From: Escherichia coli
Lineage (GTDB): Bacteria > Pseudomonadota > Gammaproteobacteria > Enterobacterales > Enterobacteriaceae
Direction: 5' to 3' (one strand)
DNA length: 64,000 nt
Assembly (NCBI RefSeq): GCF_003334385.1
Contig: NZ_QOWN01000001.1
Shown piece after piece: positions 13,761 to 27,229 of the stretch. The first letter of the stretch is position 1. Each line of letters opens with the position of its first letter. The notes beneath the pieces are model-generated. The model had not been told where the DNA came from. It saw nothing but the letters and a program-made list of their open reading frames with translations, and searched no databases. The translations under genes were made by a program, and so were the position numbers.

Positions 13761-14585
13761 CTATTTCTTCTCTGTAATTTTTACACTGTTTTCCAACTGC
13801 TTGATGCTGACCTGCGGGGTCGGCAACTCCTCAGGCATGGTTCCGCCAAGTTCCTGAATGGTTTGCCTCACCTTGCGACCCACGTCAAAGTGTGTGGTGT
13901 TTGCTTGCTGTTTTGAATTCACGCCATCCCGCTTGAGTTTTTCTTCTGTTTGGGTAGCTCGAAAGAGATTAGCCGCCAGTTCTGTTGAACCCATATGATC
14001 CAGGATCTTCTGATTCTTTTTCAGCCCCTTCCGCTGATGAATAGCTTTCTGATCTAATCCACCATACAGCCCCTGGTAACCATGATTCTGAAATATGGCG
14101 AAATCAGTAGCTGTCGCTACCCCAGCTTGCTGTGCTGCCTCAACCAATTGTTTGTTATGTTCTTTCAACTCATTTCTCAGAAACAGACGCTTTTCGTCTT
14201 CACGAAGTTGCTTAAATGCTTCATCGTCAGCAAGCTCCTGCCGTCGGGTCTGGATAGCAAAATAAGTCTGCCCTGCCGCAATGACCGGTTTCGCAGGGTC
14301 GCCGTTTTGTACTACCAGGTAACAGGCATAGCGGGAGAGTACGATGTCTTTTAATGCTCTTTTGGCATTTGAGCCAATTTTGACCATATCGAGGATCTCC
14401 TCGAAATGGTCATCAATTGTGTGACCACTGTTCTCACAGGCTTCTTTGGCGCGCGTTAATACAGGTATAAAGTGACGATACTCTGAATAACCCAGTAGTT
14501 TCCCAAGTTGTCTTGCTGACCATTGTTCTGCTCCGTTTGCATTAATCAGTTTTATCTCTTCAAAAGGTTGATGATGTTCGTTCAT
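13761..14585 (-). CDS. dinD: DNA damage-inducible protein D
   Basis: ORF track 13761..14597; start at MNEHHQPFEEIKLINANGAEQW (274 aa); LexA box immediately upstream. Confidence 0.88.
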   Translation of the reverse strand: MNEHHQPFEEIKLINANGAEQWSARQLGKLLGYSEYRHFIPVLTRAKEACENSGHTIDDHFEEILDMVKIGSNAKRALKDIVLSRYACYLVVQNGDPAKPVIAAGQTYFAIQTRRQELADDEAFKQLREDEKRLFLRNELKEHNKQLVEAAQQAGVATATDFAIFQNHGYQGLYGGLDQKAIHQRKGLKKNQKILDHMGSTELAANLFRATQTEEKLKRDGVNSKQQANTTHFDVGRKVRQTIQELGGTMPEELPTPQVSIKQLENSVKITEKK

Positions 14586-14630
14586 TGCCCACTCCATGTG
14601 ATATCAATTGCAAAGAAAGTAAATCTGTAA

Positions 14631-14646
14631 CTGTATTTATATACAG
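14631..14646. promoter_or_regulatory. LexA (SOS) box CTGTATTTATATACAG upstream of dinD
   Basis: Palindrome CTGT-N8-ACAG with AT-rich centre, about 45 bp upstream of the dinD start. Confidence 0.8.
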
Positions 14647-14805
14647 TTGTGAGTATCTCACGTTCTCAGTGTGCTGGGCAAAAAAACATCGCAAAATCTG
14701 GAGCAGGCACGCAAAACAGAATTGAATGTTGCGGGGAAGAAAAATGCCGCTCTGTTTGAGTGGCGGCATTTGTGAAGGCGGAAAAGTAAGAATTGGCGTT
14801 ACGAG

Positions 14806-15669
14806 TTATTCGATGTTCTGAATCTGCTCGCGCATCTGCTCAATCAACACTTTCAGCTCGATGGCGGAGTTTGTCACTTCGGCATTGATAGACTTCGACG
14901 CAAGAGTGTTCGACTCGCGGTTGAACTCCTGCATCATAAAATCCAGACGACGACCAACCGCTTCTTTTTTCTTCAGAATGTTGTAGGTCTCTTTGACATG
15001 CGCTTCGAGGCGATCCAGTTCTTCGGCAACGTCAATTCGTTGTGCCAGCAGAACCAGTTCCTGCTCCAGACGGTTGTTTTCCAGTTGCACCTGAGCATCT
15101 TCCAGCTTCGCGACCAGACGCTCACGCTGCCATTGCAGGATTTCCGGCATATGGGAGCGGACTTTGACCACTTCGGCGGTGACGCCTTCCAGACGCTGCT
15201 CGATCAATGCTTTCAGTGCCTGACCTTCGGTTTCGCGCGCGACAATAAAGTCGTCCAGCGTACCATCCAGCGCCGCGAGAATTTCAGCGGCAATGGCGTC
15301 AAGATCCTGCTCCTGGGCTGCCATCACGCCCGGCCAGCGTAGAATATCAACCGGGTTGATTTCCCCTTCGTCACTCTGCATTTTTACCCAGTTCGCGGCA
15401 GTTACCAGCTGTTTAGCCAGTTTTTCGTTGAGGATCAGCTCACCTTGCGCGCTAACATCTGGCTCATAGCGCAGGGTACATTCCACTTTACCGCGCGTCA
15501 GGCGAGAACGAATACGCTCGCGAACGACAGGTTCAAGGCTACGGAACTGCTCCGGCAGACGAAAGTAAGTTTCCAGATAACGCTGGTTTACCGAGCGCAT
15601 TTCCCAGGTTGCGCTCCCCCATTCACCCTTGATTTCACGCCGGGCGTAGGCGGTCATACTGCGGATCAT
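14806..15669 (-). CDS. yicC: YicC-family stress-induced protein
   Basis: 287 aa, MIRSMTAYARREIKGEWGSATWEMRSVNQRYLE. Confidence 0.88.
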   Translation of the reverse strand: MIRSMTAYARREIKGEWGSATWEMRSVNQRYLETYFRLPEQFRSLEPVVRERIRSRLTRGKVECTLRYEPDVSAQGELILNEKLAKQLVTAANWVKMQSDEGEINPVDILRWPGVMAAQEQDLDAIAAEILAALDGTLDDFIVARETEGQALKALIEQRLEGVTAEVVKVRSHMPEILQWQRERLVAKLEDAQVQLENNRLEQELVLLAQRIDVAEELDRLEAHVKETYNILKKKEAVGRRLDFMMQEFNRESNTLASKSINAEVTNSAIELKVLIEQMREQIQNIE

Positions 15670-15795
15670 AGACGTTCCTGTTTATAAAAGGAGAGGTGGA
15701 AGGATTATAGCCATCGATGCCTTGTCAGGATAGGAATAACCGCCGGAAGTCCGTATAATGCGCAGCCACATTTGTTTCAAGCCGGAGATTTCAAT

Positions 15796-16512
15796 ATGCG
15801 TCCAGCAGGCCGTAGCAATAATCAGGTGCGTCCCGTTACCCTGACTCGTAACTATACAAAACATGCAGAAGGCTCGGTGCTGGTCGAATTTGGCGATACC
15901 AAAGTGTTGTGTACCGCCTCTATTGAAGAAGGCGTGCCGCGCTTCCTGAAAGGTCAGGGCCAGGGCTGGATCACCGCAGAGTACGGCATGCTGCCACGTT
16001 CTACCCACACCCGTAACGCTCGTGAAGCGGCGAAAGGTAAGCAGGGTGGACGCACAATGGAAATCCAGCGTCTGATCGCCCGTGCTCTTCGCGCGGCAGT
16101 AGATTTGAAAGCGCTGGGTGAGTTCACCATTACGCTGGACTGCGACGTGCTTCAGGCTGATGGTGGCACGCGTACCGCGTCGATTACGGGTGCCTGCGTG
16201 GCGCTGGTAGATGCGCTACAGAAGCTGGTGGAAAACGGCAAGCTGAAAACCAATCCGATGAAAGGGATGGTAGCCGCAGTTTCTGTCGGAATTGTGAACG
16301 GCGAAGCGGTTTGCGATCTGGAATACGTTGAAGACTCTGCCGCAGAGACCGACATGAACGTAGTGATGACCGAAGACGGGCGCATCATTGAAGTGCAGGG
16401 GACGGCAGAAGGCGAGCCGTTCACCCATGAAGAGCTACTCACCTTGTTGGCTCTGGCCCGAGGGGGAATCGAATCCATTGTAGCGACGCAGAAGGCGGCG
16501 CTGGCAAACTGA
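15796..16512 (+). CDS. rph: Ribonuclease PH, apparently full-length (238 aa)
   Basis: ORF track 15772..16512; start at [10 protein letters not shown]; frame runs uninterrupted to ...[14 protein letters not shown] and TGA at 16510-16512, a few nt before the pyrE attenuator hairpin. Confidence 0.9.
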   Translation: MRPAGRSNNQVRPVTLTRNYTKHAEGSVLVEFGDTKVLCTASIEEGVPRFLKGQGQGWITAEYGMLPRSTHTRNAREAAKGKQGGRTMEIQRLIARALRAAVDLKALGEFTITLDCDVLQADGGTRTASITGACVALVDALQKLVENGKLKTNPMKGMVAAVSVGIVNGEAVCDLEYVEDSAAETDMNVVMTEDGRIIEVQGTAEGEPFTHEELLTLLALARGGIESIVATQKAALAN

Positions 16513-16517
16513 TTTTT

Positions 16518-16548
16518 AAGGCGACTGATGAGTCGCCTTTTTTTTGTC
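16518..16548 (+). terminator. pyrE attenuator: hairpin aaggcgact-gatg-agtcgcctt followed by T8
   Basis: Stem-loop plus T-run read from sequence between rph stop and pyrE start; matches the known translation-coupled pyrE attenuator. Confidence 0.85.
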
Positions 16549-16577
16549 TGTAGAAAAGTAAGATGAGGAGCGAAGGC

Positions 16578-17219
16578 ATGAAACCATATCAGCGCCAGTT
16601 TATTGAATTTGCGCTTAGCAAGCAGGTGTTAAAGTTTGGCGAGTTTACGCTGAAATCCGGGCGCAAAAGCCCCTATTTCTTCAACGCCGGGCTGTTTAAT
16701 ACCGGGCGCGATCTGGCACTGTTAGGCCGTTTTTACGCTGAAGCGTTGGTGGATTCCGGCATTGAGTTCGATCTGCTGTTTGGCCCTGCTTACAAAGGGA
16801 TCCCGATTGCCACCACAACCGCTGTGGCACTGGCGGAGCATCACGACCTGGACCTGCCGTACTGCTTTAACCGCAAAGAAGCAAAAGACCACGGTGAAGG
16901 CGGCAATCTGGTTGGTAGCGCGTTACAAGGACGCGTAATGCTGGTAGATGATGTGATCACCGCCGGAACGGCGATTCGCGAGTCGATGGAGATTATTCAG
17001 GCCAATGGCGCGACGCTTGCTGGCGTGTTGATTTCGCTCGATCGTCAGGAACGCGGGCGCGGCGAGATTTCGGCGATTCAGGAAGTTGAGCGTGATTACA
17101 ACTGCAAAGTGATCTCTATCATCACCCTGAAAGACCTGATTGCTTACCTGGAAGAGAAGCCGGAAATGGCGGAACATCTGGCGGCGGTTAAGGCCTATCG
17201 CGAAGAGTTTGGCGTTTAA
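16578..17219 (+). CDS. pyrE: Orotate phosphoribosyltransferase
   Basis: ORF track 16563..17219; start at [23 protein letters not shown] (213 aa). Confidence 0.93.
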
Positions 17220-17226
17220 AGAAACT

Positions 17227-17250
17227 CGCCGGATGAAAAGTCATCCGGCG
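17227..17250. terminator. Perfect 10-bp hairpin (cgccggatga-aaag-tcatccggcg) between convergent pyrE and slmA
   Basis: Inverted repeat seen in sequence; likely bidirectional terminator. Confidence 0.55.
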
Positions 17251-17255
17251 TCATA

Positions 17256-17852
17256 TTACTGCAACTGTGCCGCAATTAGCGGCCAGCGGGCGTCAAAATC
17301 ATCCGTCGGGCGGTATTTAAATTCGCTGCGGACAAAACGTGACAGCATACCTTCACAGAAGGCCAGGATCTGGCTTGCCAGCAGGGTTTCATCGGTGGTG
17401 TAACCTTCACCCTCACGCATTCTCTTTTCACGCAATACCTGGCGCAGCTGCGCTTCAATACGCTCGAACAGCTGGTTGATGCGCCCTTGCAGGCGATCCT
17501 GTTCAAACATTAGCGCATGACCAGTGAGGATGCGGGTCAGGCCAGGATTACGCTCACCAAAACCGAGAAGCAGCAACACAATCAGACGCAGGCGCGCTGT
17601 GGTGTCTTTCTCATCTTTCAGAATCAGGTTGATGCGAGTAATCAGGCTATCTTCGATAAACTCAATCAGGCTATCGAACATGCGGGTCTTACTGGGGAAG
17701 TGGCGATACAGTGCCGCTTCGGAAACGCCGACAGAGGCGGCCAGTTTTGCCGTCGTGATACGTTGGCTTCCATCGCTGGATTCCAGCATCAGCGCCAGAG
17801 ACTGAAGTATTTCCTCGCGACGGTTCCTTTTCGCAGTTTGTTTTTCTGCCAT
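17256..17852 (-). CDS. slmA: Nucleoid occlusion factor SlmA (TetR family)
   Basis: ORF track 17256..17894; start at [23 protein letters not shown] (198 aa). Confidence 0.92.
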
Positions 17853-17958
17853 GTTACAAAATACCCCTGAAAATAAGCACTTGCCAGGCGGCACCCACGC
17901 TATGACCGCAAACGAAATGTTTGCGGCTATGTTATGACGTTATTCGGATGCGTATGTG

Positions 17959-18417
17959 TTACTGACGACCAGAGTGACCAAAGCCGCCTTCACCGCGGTC
18001 GGTGGCGTCGAAATCTTCCACCAGATTAAATTCAGCCTGTACTACCGGAACAAAAATCATCTGGGCGATGCGTTCGCCAGGTTGAATGGTGAAGCTGTCC
18101 TGACCACGGTTCCACACGGAAATCATCAACTGGCCCTGATAGTCAGAATCGATCAATCCTACCAGGTTACCAAGCACGATACCGTGCTTATGTCCCAATC
18201 CGGAGCGCGGCAGCATCATTGCCGCCAGTGAAGGATCGGCAATATGAATCGCCAGCCCGGTCGGAACCAGCGTAGTGTCACCCGGAGCCAGTTCTACGGC
18301 GTCGTTGAGACAGGCACGCAGGTCAAGTCCGGCAGAGCCAGAGGTGGCATAAGTCGGGAGCGGAAATTCCTTCCCAACGCGCGGGTCCAGAATCTTAACG
18401 TCGATTTTTTTCATCAT
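17959..18417 (-). CDS. dut: dUTP pyrophosphatase
   Basis: 152 aa, [35 protein letters not shown]. Confidence 0.93.
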
Positions 18418-19615
18418 AACGGGTCACGATCTCGTCGAGTAATAATTGGCCAAGGAGCTCTTTGCGCTCAAGCGGTAAGACTTTATCTCCGTCCTGCCAG
18501 AAAAGGTGTAATGCGTTGTTGTCGCTGTTAAATCCTTGAGTTGGCTGGGAAACATCGTTCGCGCAGATCAGATCAAGGTTTTTACGGATACGTTTTTGCC
18601 GGGCGTATTCTTCCACATTATTTGTTTCGGCGGCAAATCCAACGACGTAGGGTCGATGGTCTTTTAGTGCGGCAACGCCTGCGACGATATCGGGGTTTTT
18701 AACCATTTTTATTGTTAATTCATCACCCTGCGTGGCCTGCTTTTTGATTTTCTCTGGGGCCACGGTAGCTGCGCGATAATCCGCCACGGCGGCGCAGCCG
18801 ATAAAAATATTTTGCTGCTGTACAGAAGCATTCACGGCGGCTTCCATTTCCAGCGCGGTCATCACATCAACACGTTTAACAAACGGTGGCGTCGGTAGTG
18901 AAACCGGACCTGATACCAGCGTGACGTTCGCGCCACGACGGGCAGCGGCGGCGGCGATAGCAAAACCCATCTTGCCGGAGCTGTGATTAGAGATATAACG
19001 CACCGGATCGAGCGGTTCACGCGTCGGGCCGGCGGTAATCATAATGTTCAGATGTTTCAGGTCGTTGACGGGCGAAAAATGCGCTACCGCCATATCCACA
19101 ATGGTTAACGGATCGAGCATTCGCCCAGGACCGATATCACCACAAGCCTGACTGCCACTGTCTGGCCCCCAGATGAGCAAACCACGGGAAGCAAGCACCT
19201 CTAAATTATGCTGCGTGGCAGCGGCACGGTACATCTGCTGGTTCATGGCGGGGAGCACGGCTACAGGCGCAGGTGTAGCCAGACAAATCGTCGATACCAG
19301 GTCATTCGCCATTCCGGCAGCAACACGGGCAATCAAATCTGCCGTGGCAGGGGCGAGAATCACTAAATCAGCCCATTTACCCAGCTCAATATGGCCCATA
19401 GCGGCTTCGGCTGCCGGGTCCAGCAGACTGTCGGAAACGGGATAACCAGAAACCGCCTGCAAGCTAAGTGGGGTGATAAAGGCTTTTGCCGCTTCGGTCA
19501 TGGCTACGCGGACGTCGGCCCCGCGATCGCGCAAACGACGCACCAGTTCAGGGGTTTTATAGGCAGCAATACCGCCGCTAACGCCGAGAACGATTTTTTT
19601 ACCGGCCAGGCTCAT
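18395..19615 (-). CDS. coaBC: Phosphopantothenoylcysteine decarboxylase / synthetase
   Basis: ORF track 18395..19687; start at [24 protein letters not shown] (406 aa); 3' end overlaps dut start by 23 nt. Confidence 0.92.
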
Positions 19616-19786
19616 GATGATTTTTCCTGTAGGGTGACACCAGAAGTTGGCGATTTTATCACAATACTTTTGTTGTCGTGCCTTCACCTGAGATTCACTT
19701 TGCGAGGCGCTTTCCAGGATTGAAAACTGGCCGTCGATTTAACGAAACGGCTATGACAGGATGCGAGCACCACAAAGGAGGTGAAG

Positions 19787-20455
19787 GTGAAAAACAATTC
19801 ACAGCTGTTGATGCCGCGCGAAAAAATGCTGAAGTTTGGTATTAGCGCCTTAACGGATGTCGAGCTGCTGGCGCTATTTCTGCGTACCGGAACGCGCGGT
19901 AAAGATGTATTAACCCTGGCAAAAGAGATGCTGGAGAATTTCGGCTCTCTTTATGGCTTGTTAACCTCTGAATATGAACAATTTAGTGGCGTTCATGGAA
20001 TTGGCGTGGCGAAATTTGCCCAGTTAAAGGGGATTGCTGAACTGGCGCGGCGTTACTACAACGTGCGGATGCGTGAAGAAAGCCCTTTACTCAGCCCGGA
20101 GATGACGAGGGAATTTTTACAAAGCCAGCTCACGGGTGAGGAGCGGGAGATCTTTATGGTGATCTTTCTCGACTCCCAACACCGGGTTATAACGCATAGG
20201 CGTCTTTTTTCCGGCACGCTAAACCATGTTGAAGTCCATCCTCGGGAAATTATCCGCGAAGCGATAAAAATAAACGCCTCGGCGCTGATCCTTGCACATA
20301 ATCACCCTTCGGGTTGTGCTGAACCCAGTAAAGCGGATAAACTCATTACTGAACGGATAATAAAGAGTTGTCAGTTCATGGATTTACGCGTGCTCGACCA
20401 TATCGTGATTGGGCGTGGAGAGTATGTTTCTTTTGCCGAACGCGGCTGGATTTAA
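19787..20455 (+). CDS. radC: RadC-like JAB-domain protein (UPF0758)
   Basis: ORF track 19781..20455; GTG at 19787 gives [18 protein letters not shown] with SD aggagg 5 nt upstream; HNHPSG JAMM motif present. Confidence 0.85.
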   Translation: MKNNSQLLMPREKMLKFGISALTDVELLALFLRTGTRGKDVLTLAKEMLENFGSLYGLLTSEYEQFSGVHGIGVAKFAQLKGIAELARRYYNVRMREESPLLSPEMTREFLQSQLTGEEREIFMVIFLDSQHRVITHRRLFSGTLNHVEVHPREIIREAIKINASALILAHNHPSGCAEPSKADKLITERIIKSCQFMDLRVLDHIVIGRGEYVSFAERGWI

Positions 20456-20650
20456 CCCGCTATGCGCGATCCTTCGGGATCTTTGTCTGTTCGGGACTTG
20501 AGCACATCGCTGAGTCAGCGTATACTACGCCACCTTTGAGAATCTCGGGTTTGGCATTTGGGCCTGGCAATCGAGAGTTCACATAGAACTGCGATGACCG
20601 GGCTGTAAAGCCTGACGAGGCGCCAATACCCCATACGAAGCTCGAGCTAA

Positions 20651-20908
<258 letters not shown>

Positions 20909-20925
20909 GTACTTAGAGGAAATAA

Positions 20926-21096
<171 letters not shown>

Positions 21097-21114
21097 TTCT
21101 CGCTTTGATGTAAC

Positions 21115-21145
21115 AAAAAACCTCGCTCCGGCGGGGTTTTTTGTT
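21115..21145 (+). terminator. Intrinsic terminator after rpmG (aacctcgc-tccg-gcggggtt + T-run)
   Basis: 8-bp stem with one G-U pair, followed by T6; read from sequence. Confidence 0.7.
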
Positions 21146-21193
21146 ATCTGCTTGCCCCCATATTGACTGCATCTGTTCATTCCTGGAGATGCT

Positions 21194-22003
21194 ATGCCTG
21201 AATTACCCGAAGTTGAAACCAGCCGCCGCGGCATAGAACCGCATCTCGTTGGTGCAACCATTCTTCATGCAGTGGTGCGCAACGGACGCTTGCGCTGGCC
21301 GGTTTCAGAAGAGATCTACCGTTTAAGCGACCAACCAGTGCTTAGCGTGCAGCGGCGGGCTAAATATCTGCTGCTGGAGCTGCCTGAGGGCTGGATTATC
21401 ATTCATTTAGGGATGTCTGGCAGCCTGCGCATCCTTCCAGAAGAACTTCCCCCTGAAAAGCATGACCATGTGGATTTGGTGATGAGCAACGGCAAAGTGC
21501 TGCGCTACACCGATCCGCGCCGCTTTGGTGCCTGGCTGTGGACCAAAGAGCTGGAAGGGCATAATGTGCTGACCCATCTTGGACCGGAGCCGCTTAGCGA
21601 CGATTTCAATGGTGAGTATCTGCATCAGAAGTGCGCGAAGAAAAAAACGGCGATTAAACCGTGGCTGATGGATAACAAGCTGGTGGTAGGGGTAGGGAAT
21701 ATCTATGCCAGCGAATCACTGTTTGCGGCGGGGATCCATCCGGATCGGCTGGCGTCATCACTGTCGCTGGCAGAGTGTGAATTGTTAGCTCGGGTGATTA
21801 AAGCGGTGTTGCTGCGTTCGATTGAGCAGGGTGGTACAACGCTGAAAGATTTTCTGCAAAGTGATGGTAAACCGGGCTATTTCGCTCAGGAATTGCAGGT
21901 TTACGGGCGAAAAGGTGAGCCGTGTCGGGTGTGCGGTACGCCGATTGTGGCGACTAAACATGCGCAGCGGGCAACGTTTTATTGTCGGCAGTGCCAGAAG
22001 TAA
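21194..22003 (+). CDS. mutM: Formamidopyrimidine-DNA glycosylase
   Basis: 269 aa, [21 protein letters not shown]-terminal zinc finger [24 protein letters not shown]. Confidence 0.95.
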
Positions 22004-22012
22004 TTCATGCGC

Positions 22013-22034
22013 GCCGGATGGCATACCATCCGGC
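22013..22034. terminator. Perfect 9-bp hairpin (gccggatgg-cata-ccatccggc) between convergent mutM and coaD
   Basis: Inverted repeat seen in sequence. Confidence 0.55.
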
Positions 22035-22041
22035 ATAAACG

Positions 22042-23806
<1,765 letters not shown>

Positions 23807-24125
23807 AGTAAATAGCTGACTTATGGATGTGCTGGGGATTCTATGTATTTAGCTGTGGCTTTACCATTACTTTTCCCGTTTTTGACTTAAATAGCTTCAG
23901 TTTGGTCTGATCTGCCGCTACATCTTCATTTTTTTTGTATTTTTATGCGATTCATTGAAACTCGGCCCCATTTTCAAATCTACATAGGCCGTACTGACAT
24001 TATCGAAATGCTATTTTTTATCTATTTGATTTTTATGATTAAAGTATATTTTGTGTATAAAAATCATTCGGGTCGGATTGCTGCGAAAGAAATGATACAC
24101 TAGCACGTCAAAGTAAGTGCGTTAT

Positions 24126-24164
24126 CAGTATTCAGGTAGCTGTTGAGCCTGGGGCGGTAGCGTG
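24126..24164 (+). promoter_or_regulatory. JUMPStart element with ops site GGCGGTAG (24153-24160) in the waaQ operon leader
   Basis: cagtattcaggtagctgttgagcctggggcggtagcgtg read from sequence about 50-85 bp upstream of waaQ; ops is the known RfaH recruitment site. Confidence 0.8.
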
Positions 24165-24247
24165 CTTTTTTCTGCTTAACTTAACCAGACAATCACACAA
24201 AAGAGTCGCTAGTGGAAAAGCCATTTCGAAAAATCCTGGTCATAAAG

Positions 24248-25282
24248 ATGCGATATCATGGGGATATGTTATTAACTACTCCTGTCATCAGTACGCTCAA
24301 GCAGAATTATCCTGATGCAAAAATCGATATGCTGCTTTATCAGGACACCATCCCTATTTTGTCTGAAAACCCGGAAATTAATGCGCTCTATGGGATAAGC
24401 AATAAAGGTGCGGGAACTTTCGATAAAATTAAAAATGTGCTTTCGTTGATAAAAACTCTGCGTGCGAATAATTATGACCTGGTCATTAATCTTACGGATC
24501 AGTGGATGGTGGCGCTGCTGGTACGTTGTTTACCTGCACGGATGAAAATATCGCAACTTTATGGTCATCGGCAGCATGGTATTTGGAAAAAAAGCTTCAC
24601 ACACTTAGCGCCAATACACGGTACACATATTGTTGAGCGTAATTTATCGGTCCTTGAGCCATTAGGTATTACCGATTTCTACACCGACACAACAATGAGT
24701 TACGCCGAAGATTGCTGGAAGAAGATGCGCCGGGAATTAGATGCCCTGGGCGTAAAAGATCATTATGTTGTCATCCAACCGACAGCGCGTCAGATATTTA
24801 AGTGTTGGGATAACGATAAATTTTCTAAGGTTATCGATGCGCTGCAACAGCGAGGCTATCAGGTTGTGCTAACCTGTGGGCCCTCGGCAGATGATCTCGC
24901 TTGTGTAGATGAGATTGCACGAGGTTGCGAAACAAAACCCATTACTGGCCTTGCAGGTAAAACACGTTTTCCTGAACTGGGTGCATTAATTGATCATGCA
25001 GTGCTTTTTATTGGTGTGGATTCTGCGCCGGGACATATTGCAGCGGCAGTGAAAACGCCAGTCATTAGTCTATTTGGTGCAACGGATCACGTATTCTGGC
25101 GTCCCTGGACCGAGAATATTATTCAATTCTGGGCGGGGAATTATCAGAAAATGCCGACCCGGCATGAACTTGACCGCAACAAAAAATATCTTTCTGTTAT
25201 CCCAGCGGAGGATGTGATCGCCGCTACGGAAAAGCTGTTGCCAGAAGATGCCCCTTCAGCTGACAGGAATGCACAATTATGA
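24248..25282 (+). CDS. waaQ: LPS core heptosyltransferase III
   Basis: ORF track 24212..25282 (GTG start, 356 aa); ATG at 24248 gives 344 aa; start choice is uncertain because the longer form includes a conserved KILVIK N-terminus. Confidence 0.88.
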   Translation: MRYHGDMLLTTPVISTLKQNYPDAKIDMLLYQDTIPILSENPEINALYGISNKGAGTFDKIKNVLSLIKTLRANNYDLVINLTDQWMVALLVRCLPARMKISQLYGHRQHGIWKKSFTHLAPIHGTHIVERNLSVLEPLGITDFYTDTTMSYAEDCWKKMRRELDALGVKDHYVVIQPTARQIFKCWDNDKFSKVIDALQQRGYQVVLTCGPSADDLACVDEIARGCETKPITGLAGKTRFPELGALIDHAVLFIGVDSAPGHIAAAVKTPVISLFGATDHVFWRPWTENIIQFWAGNYQKMPTRHELDRNKKYLSVIPAEDVIAATEKLLPEDAPSADRNAQL

Positions 25283-26403
25283 TCGTGGCGTTTTGTTTAT
25301 ATAAATATTTTCCATTTGGTGGGCTTCAACGTGACTTTATGCGCATTGCATCAACAGTTGCCGCACGGGGCCACCATGTTCGGGTATATACACAGTCGTG
25401 GGAAGGCGATTGCCCGAAAGCATTTGAGCTTATTCAGGTGCCAGTTAAGTCCCATACCAACCATGGACGCAATGCAGAATATTATGCCTGGGTACAAAAT
25501 CATCTCAAAGAGCATCCCGCAGATCGCGTTGTTGGGTTTAATAAGATGCCTGGCCTGGATGTTTATTTTGCCGCTGATGTTTGTTACGCCGAGAAAGTTG
25601 CGCAAGAAAAAGGTTTTTTATATCGTTTAACATCACGATATCGCCATTATGCCGCATTTGAGCGAGCGACTTTCGAGCAGGGTAAATCGACGAAACTTAT
25701 GATGCTGACCGATAAGCAAATCGCCGATTTCCAGAAGCATTATCAAACTGAACCTGAACGTTTTCAAATTCTTCCTCCCGGTATTTATCCGGACAGAAAA
25801 TACAGTGAGCAAATCCCAAACAGCCGTGAAATTTATCGCCAGAAAAATGGCATAAAAGAGCAACAAAACTTATTACTGCAGGTTGGATCAGATTTTGGCC
25901 GTAAAGGTGTAGATCGCTCAATTGAAGCTTTGGCATCGTTACCGGAATCATTACGTCACAATACGCTTTTATTTGTTGTTGGTCAGGATAAGCCGCGAAA
26001 ATTTGAAGCGCTGGCAGAAAAACTCGGCGTGCGGAGCAATGTGCATTTCTTCTCCGGTCGCAATGATGTGTCAGAATTAATGGCAGCCGCTGATTTATTA
26101 CTGCATCCCGCTTATCAGGAAGCCGCGGGTATCGTTCTTCTAGAAGCGATCACTGCTGGGTTACCTGTTTTAACAACAGCGGTATGTGGGTACGCGCATT
26201 ATATTGCGGATGCCAATTGTGGAACGGTCATCGCTGAACCTTTCTCTCAGGAACAATTAAATGAAGTTTTACGTAAAGCGCTAACTCAGTCGCCATTGCG
26301 AATGGCCTGGGCGGAGAATGCTCGCCATTATGCCGATACTCAGGATTTGTATAGCTTGCCAGAAAAAGCCGCGGATATCATTACAGGTGGTTTAGATGGT
26401 TGA
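25279..26403 (+). CDS. waaG: LPS core glucosyltransferase I
   Basis: 374 aa GT4-family protein; 4-nt overlap with waaQ. Confidence 0.92.
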   Translation: MIVAFCLYKYFPFGGLQRDFMRIASTVAARGHHVRVYTQSWEGDCPKAFELIQVPVKSHTNHGRNAEYYAWVQNHLKEHPADRVVGFNKMPGLDVYFAADVCYAEKVAQEKGFLYRLTSRYRHYAAFERATFEQGKSTKLMMLTDKQIADFQKHYQTEPERFQILPPGIYPDRKYSEQIPNSREIYRQKNGIKEQQNLLLQVGSDFGRKGVDRSIEALASLPESLRHNTLLFVVGQDKPRKFEALAEKLGVRSNVHFFSGRNDVSELMAAADLLLHPAYQEAAGIVLLEAITAGLPVLTTAVCGYAHYIADANCGTVIAEPFSQEQLNEVLRKALTQSPLRMAWAENARHYADTQDLYSLPEKAADIITGGLDG

Positions 26404-27193
26404 ATTAAAAGAGCCGCTTGCCACACTTTGGCGTGGTAAAGATGCTTTTGCAGAGGTCAAAAAACTGAACGGCGAGGTCTTTCGTGAACTGGAGACTCGT
26501 CGTACATTACGCTTTGAACTGTCCGGGAAAAGCTATTTTCTTAAATGGCACAAGGGGACGACATTAAAAGAGATTATAAAAAATCTACTCTCATTGCGGA
26601 TGCCCGTTTTGGGCGCAGACAGAGAGTGGCACGCTATTCATCGCCTGAGTGATGTTGGCGTTGATACAATGAAGGGCATTGGGTTTGGCGAAAAAGGGTT
26701 AAATCCATTAACTCGCGCATCATTTATTATTACCGAAGATCTCACTCCCACAATTAGCCTTGAAGATTATTGTGCCGATTGGGCAGTCAACCCGCCTGAT
26801 ATACGTGTTAAGCGTATGCTGATCGCACGTGTAGCAACTATGGTGCGTAAAATGCATACTGCAGGGATAAATCACCGCGACTGTTACATTTGCCACTTTT
26901 TGCTTCATTTGCCATTTACTGGCCGGGAAGATGAATTAAAAATTTCAGTTATCGATCTGCATCGGGCACAGATACGTGTAAAATTACCGCGCCGCTGGCG
27001 CGATAAAGACCTGATTGGTTTATATTTCTCATCAATGAATATTGGCCTGACGCAAAGAGATATCTGGCGATTTATGAAGGTTTATTTTGGGATGCCTTTA
27101 CGCAAAATATTGTCTCTTGAACAGAATTTATTGAACATGGCAAGCGTTAAGGCCGAGCGTATTAAAGAGCGAACACAACGCAAAGGATTATAA
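26396..27193 (+). CDS. waaP: LPS core heptose(I) kinase
   Basis: 265 aa; kinase-like motif [11 protein letters not shown]. Confidence 0.92.
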   Translation: MVELKEPLATLWRGKDAFAEVKKLNGEVFRELETRRTLRFELSGKSYFLKWHKGTTLKEIIKNLLSLRMPVLGADREWHAIHRLSDVGVDTMKGIGFGEKGLNPLTRASFIITEDLTPTISLEDYCADWAVNPPDIRVKRMLIARVATMVRKMHTAGINHRDCYICHFLLHLPFTGREDELKISVIDLHRAQIRVKLPRRWRDKDLIGLYFSSMNIGLTQRDIWRFMKVYFGMPLRKILSLEQNLLNMASVKAERIKERTQRKGL

Positions 27194-27229
27194 AAATATT
27201 TATTAGTATGTACTGGAACTAACTTTATT

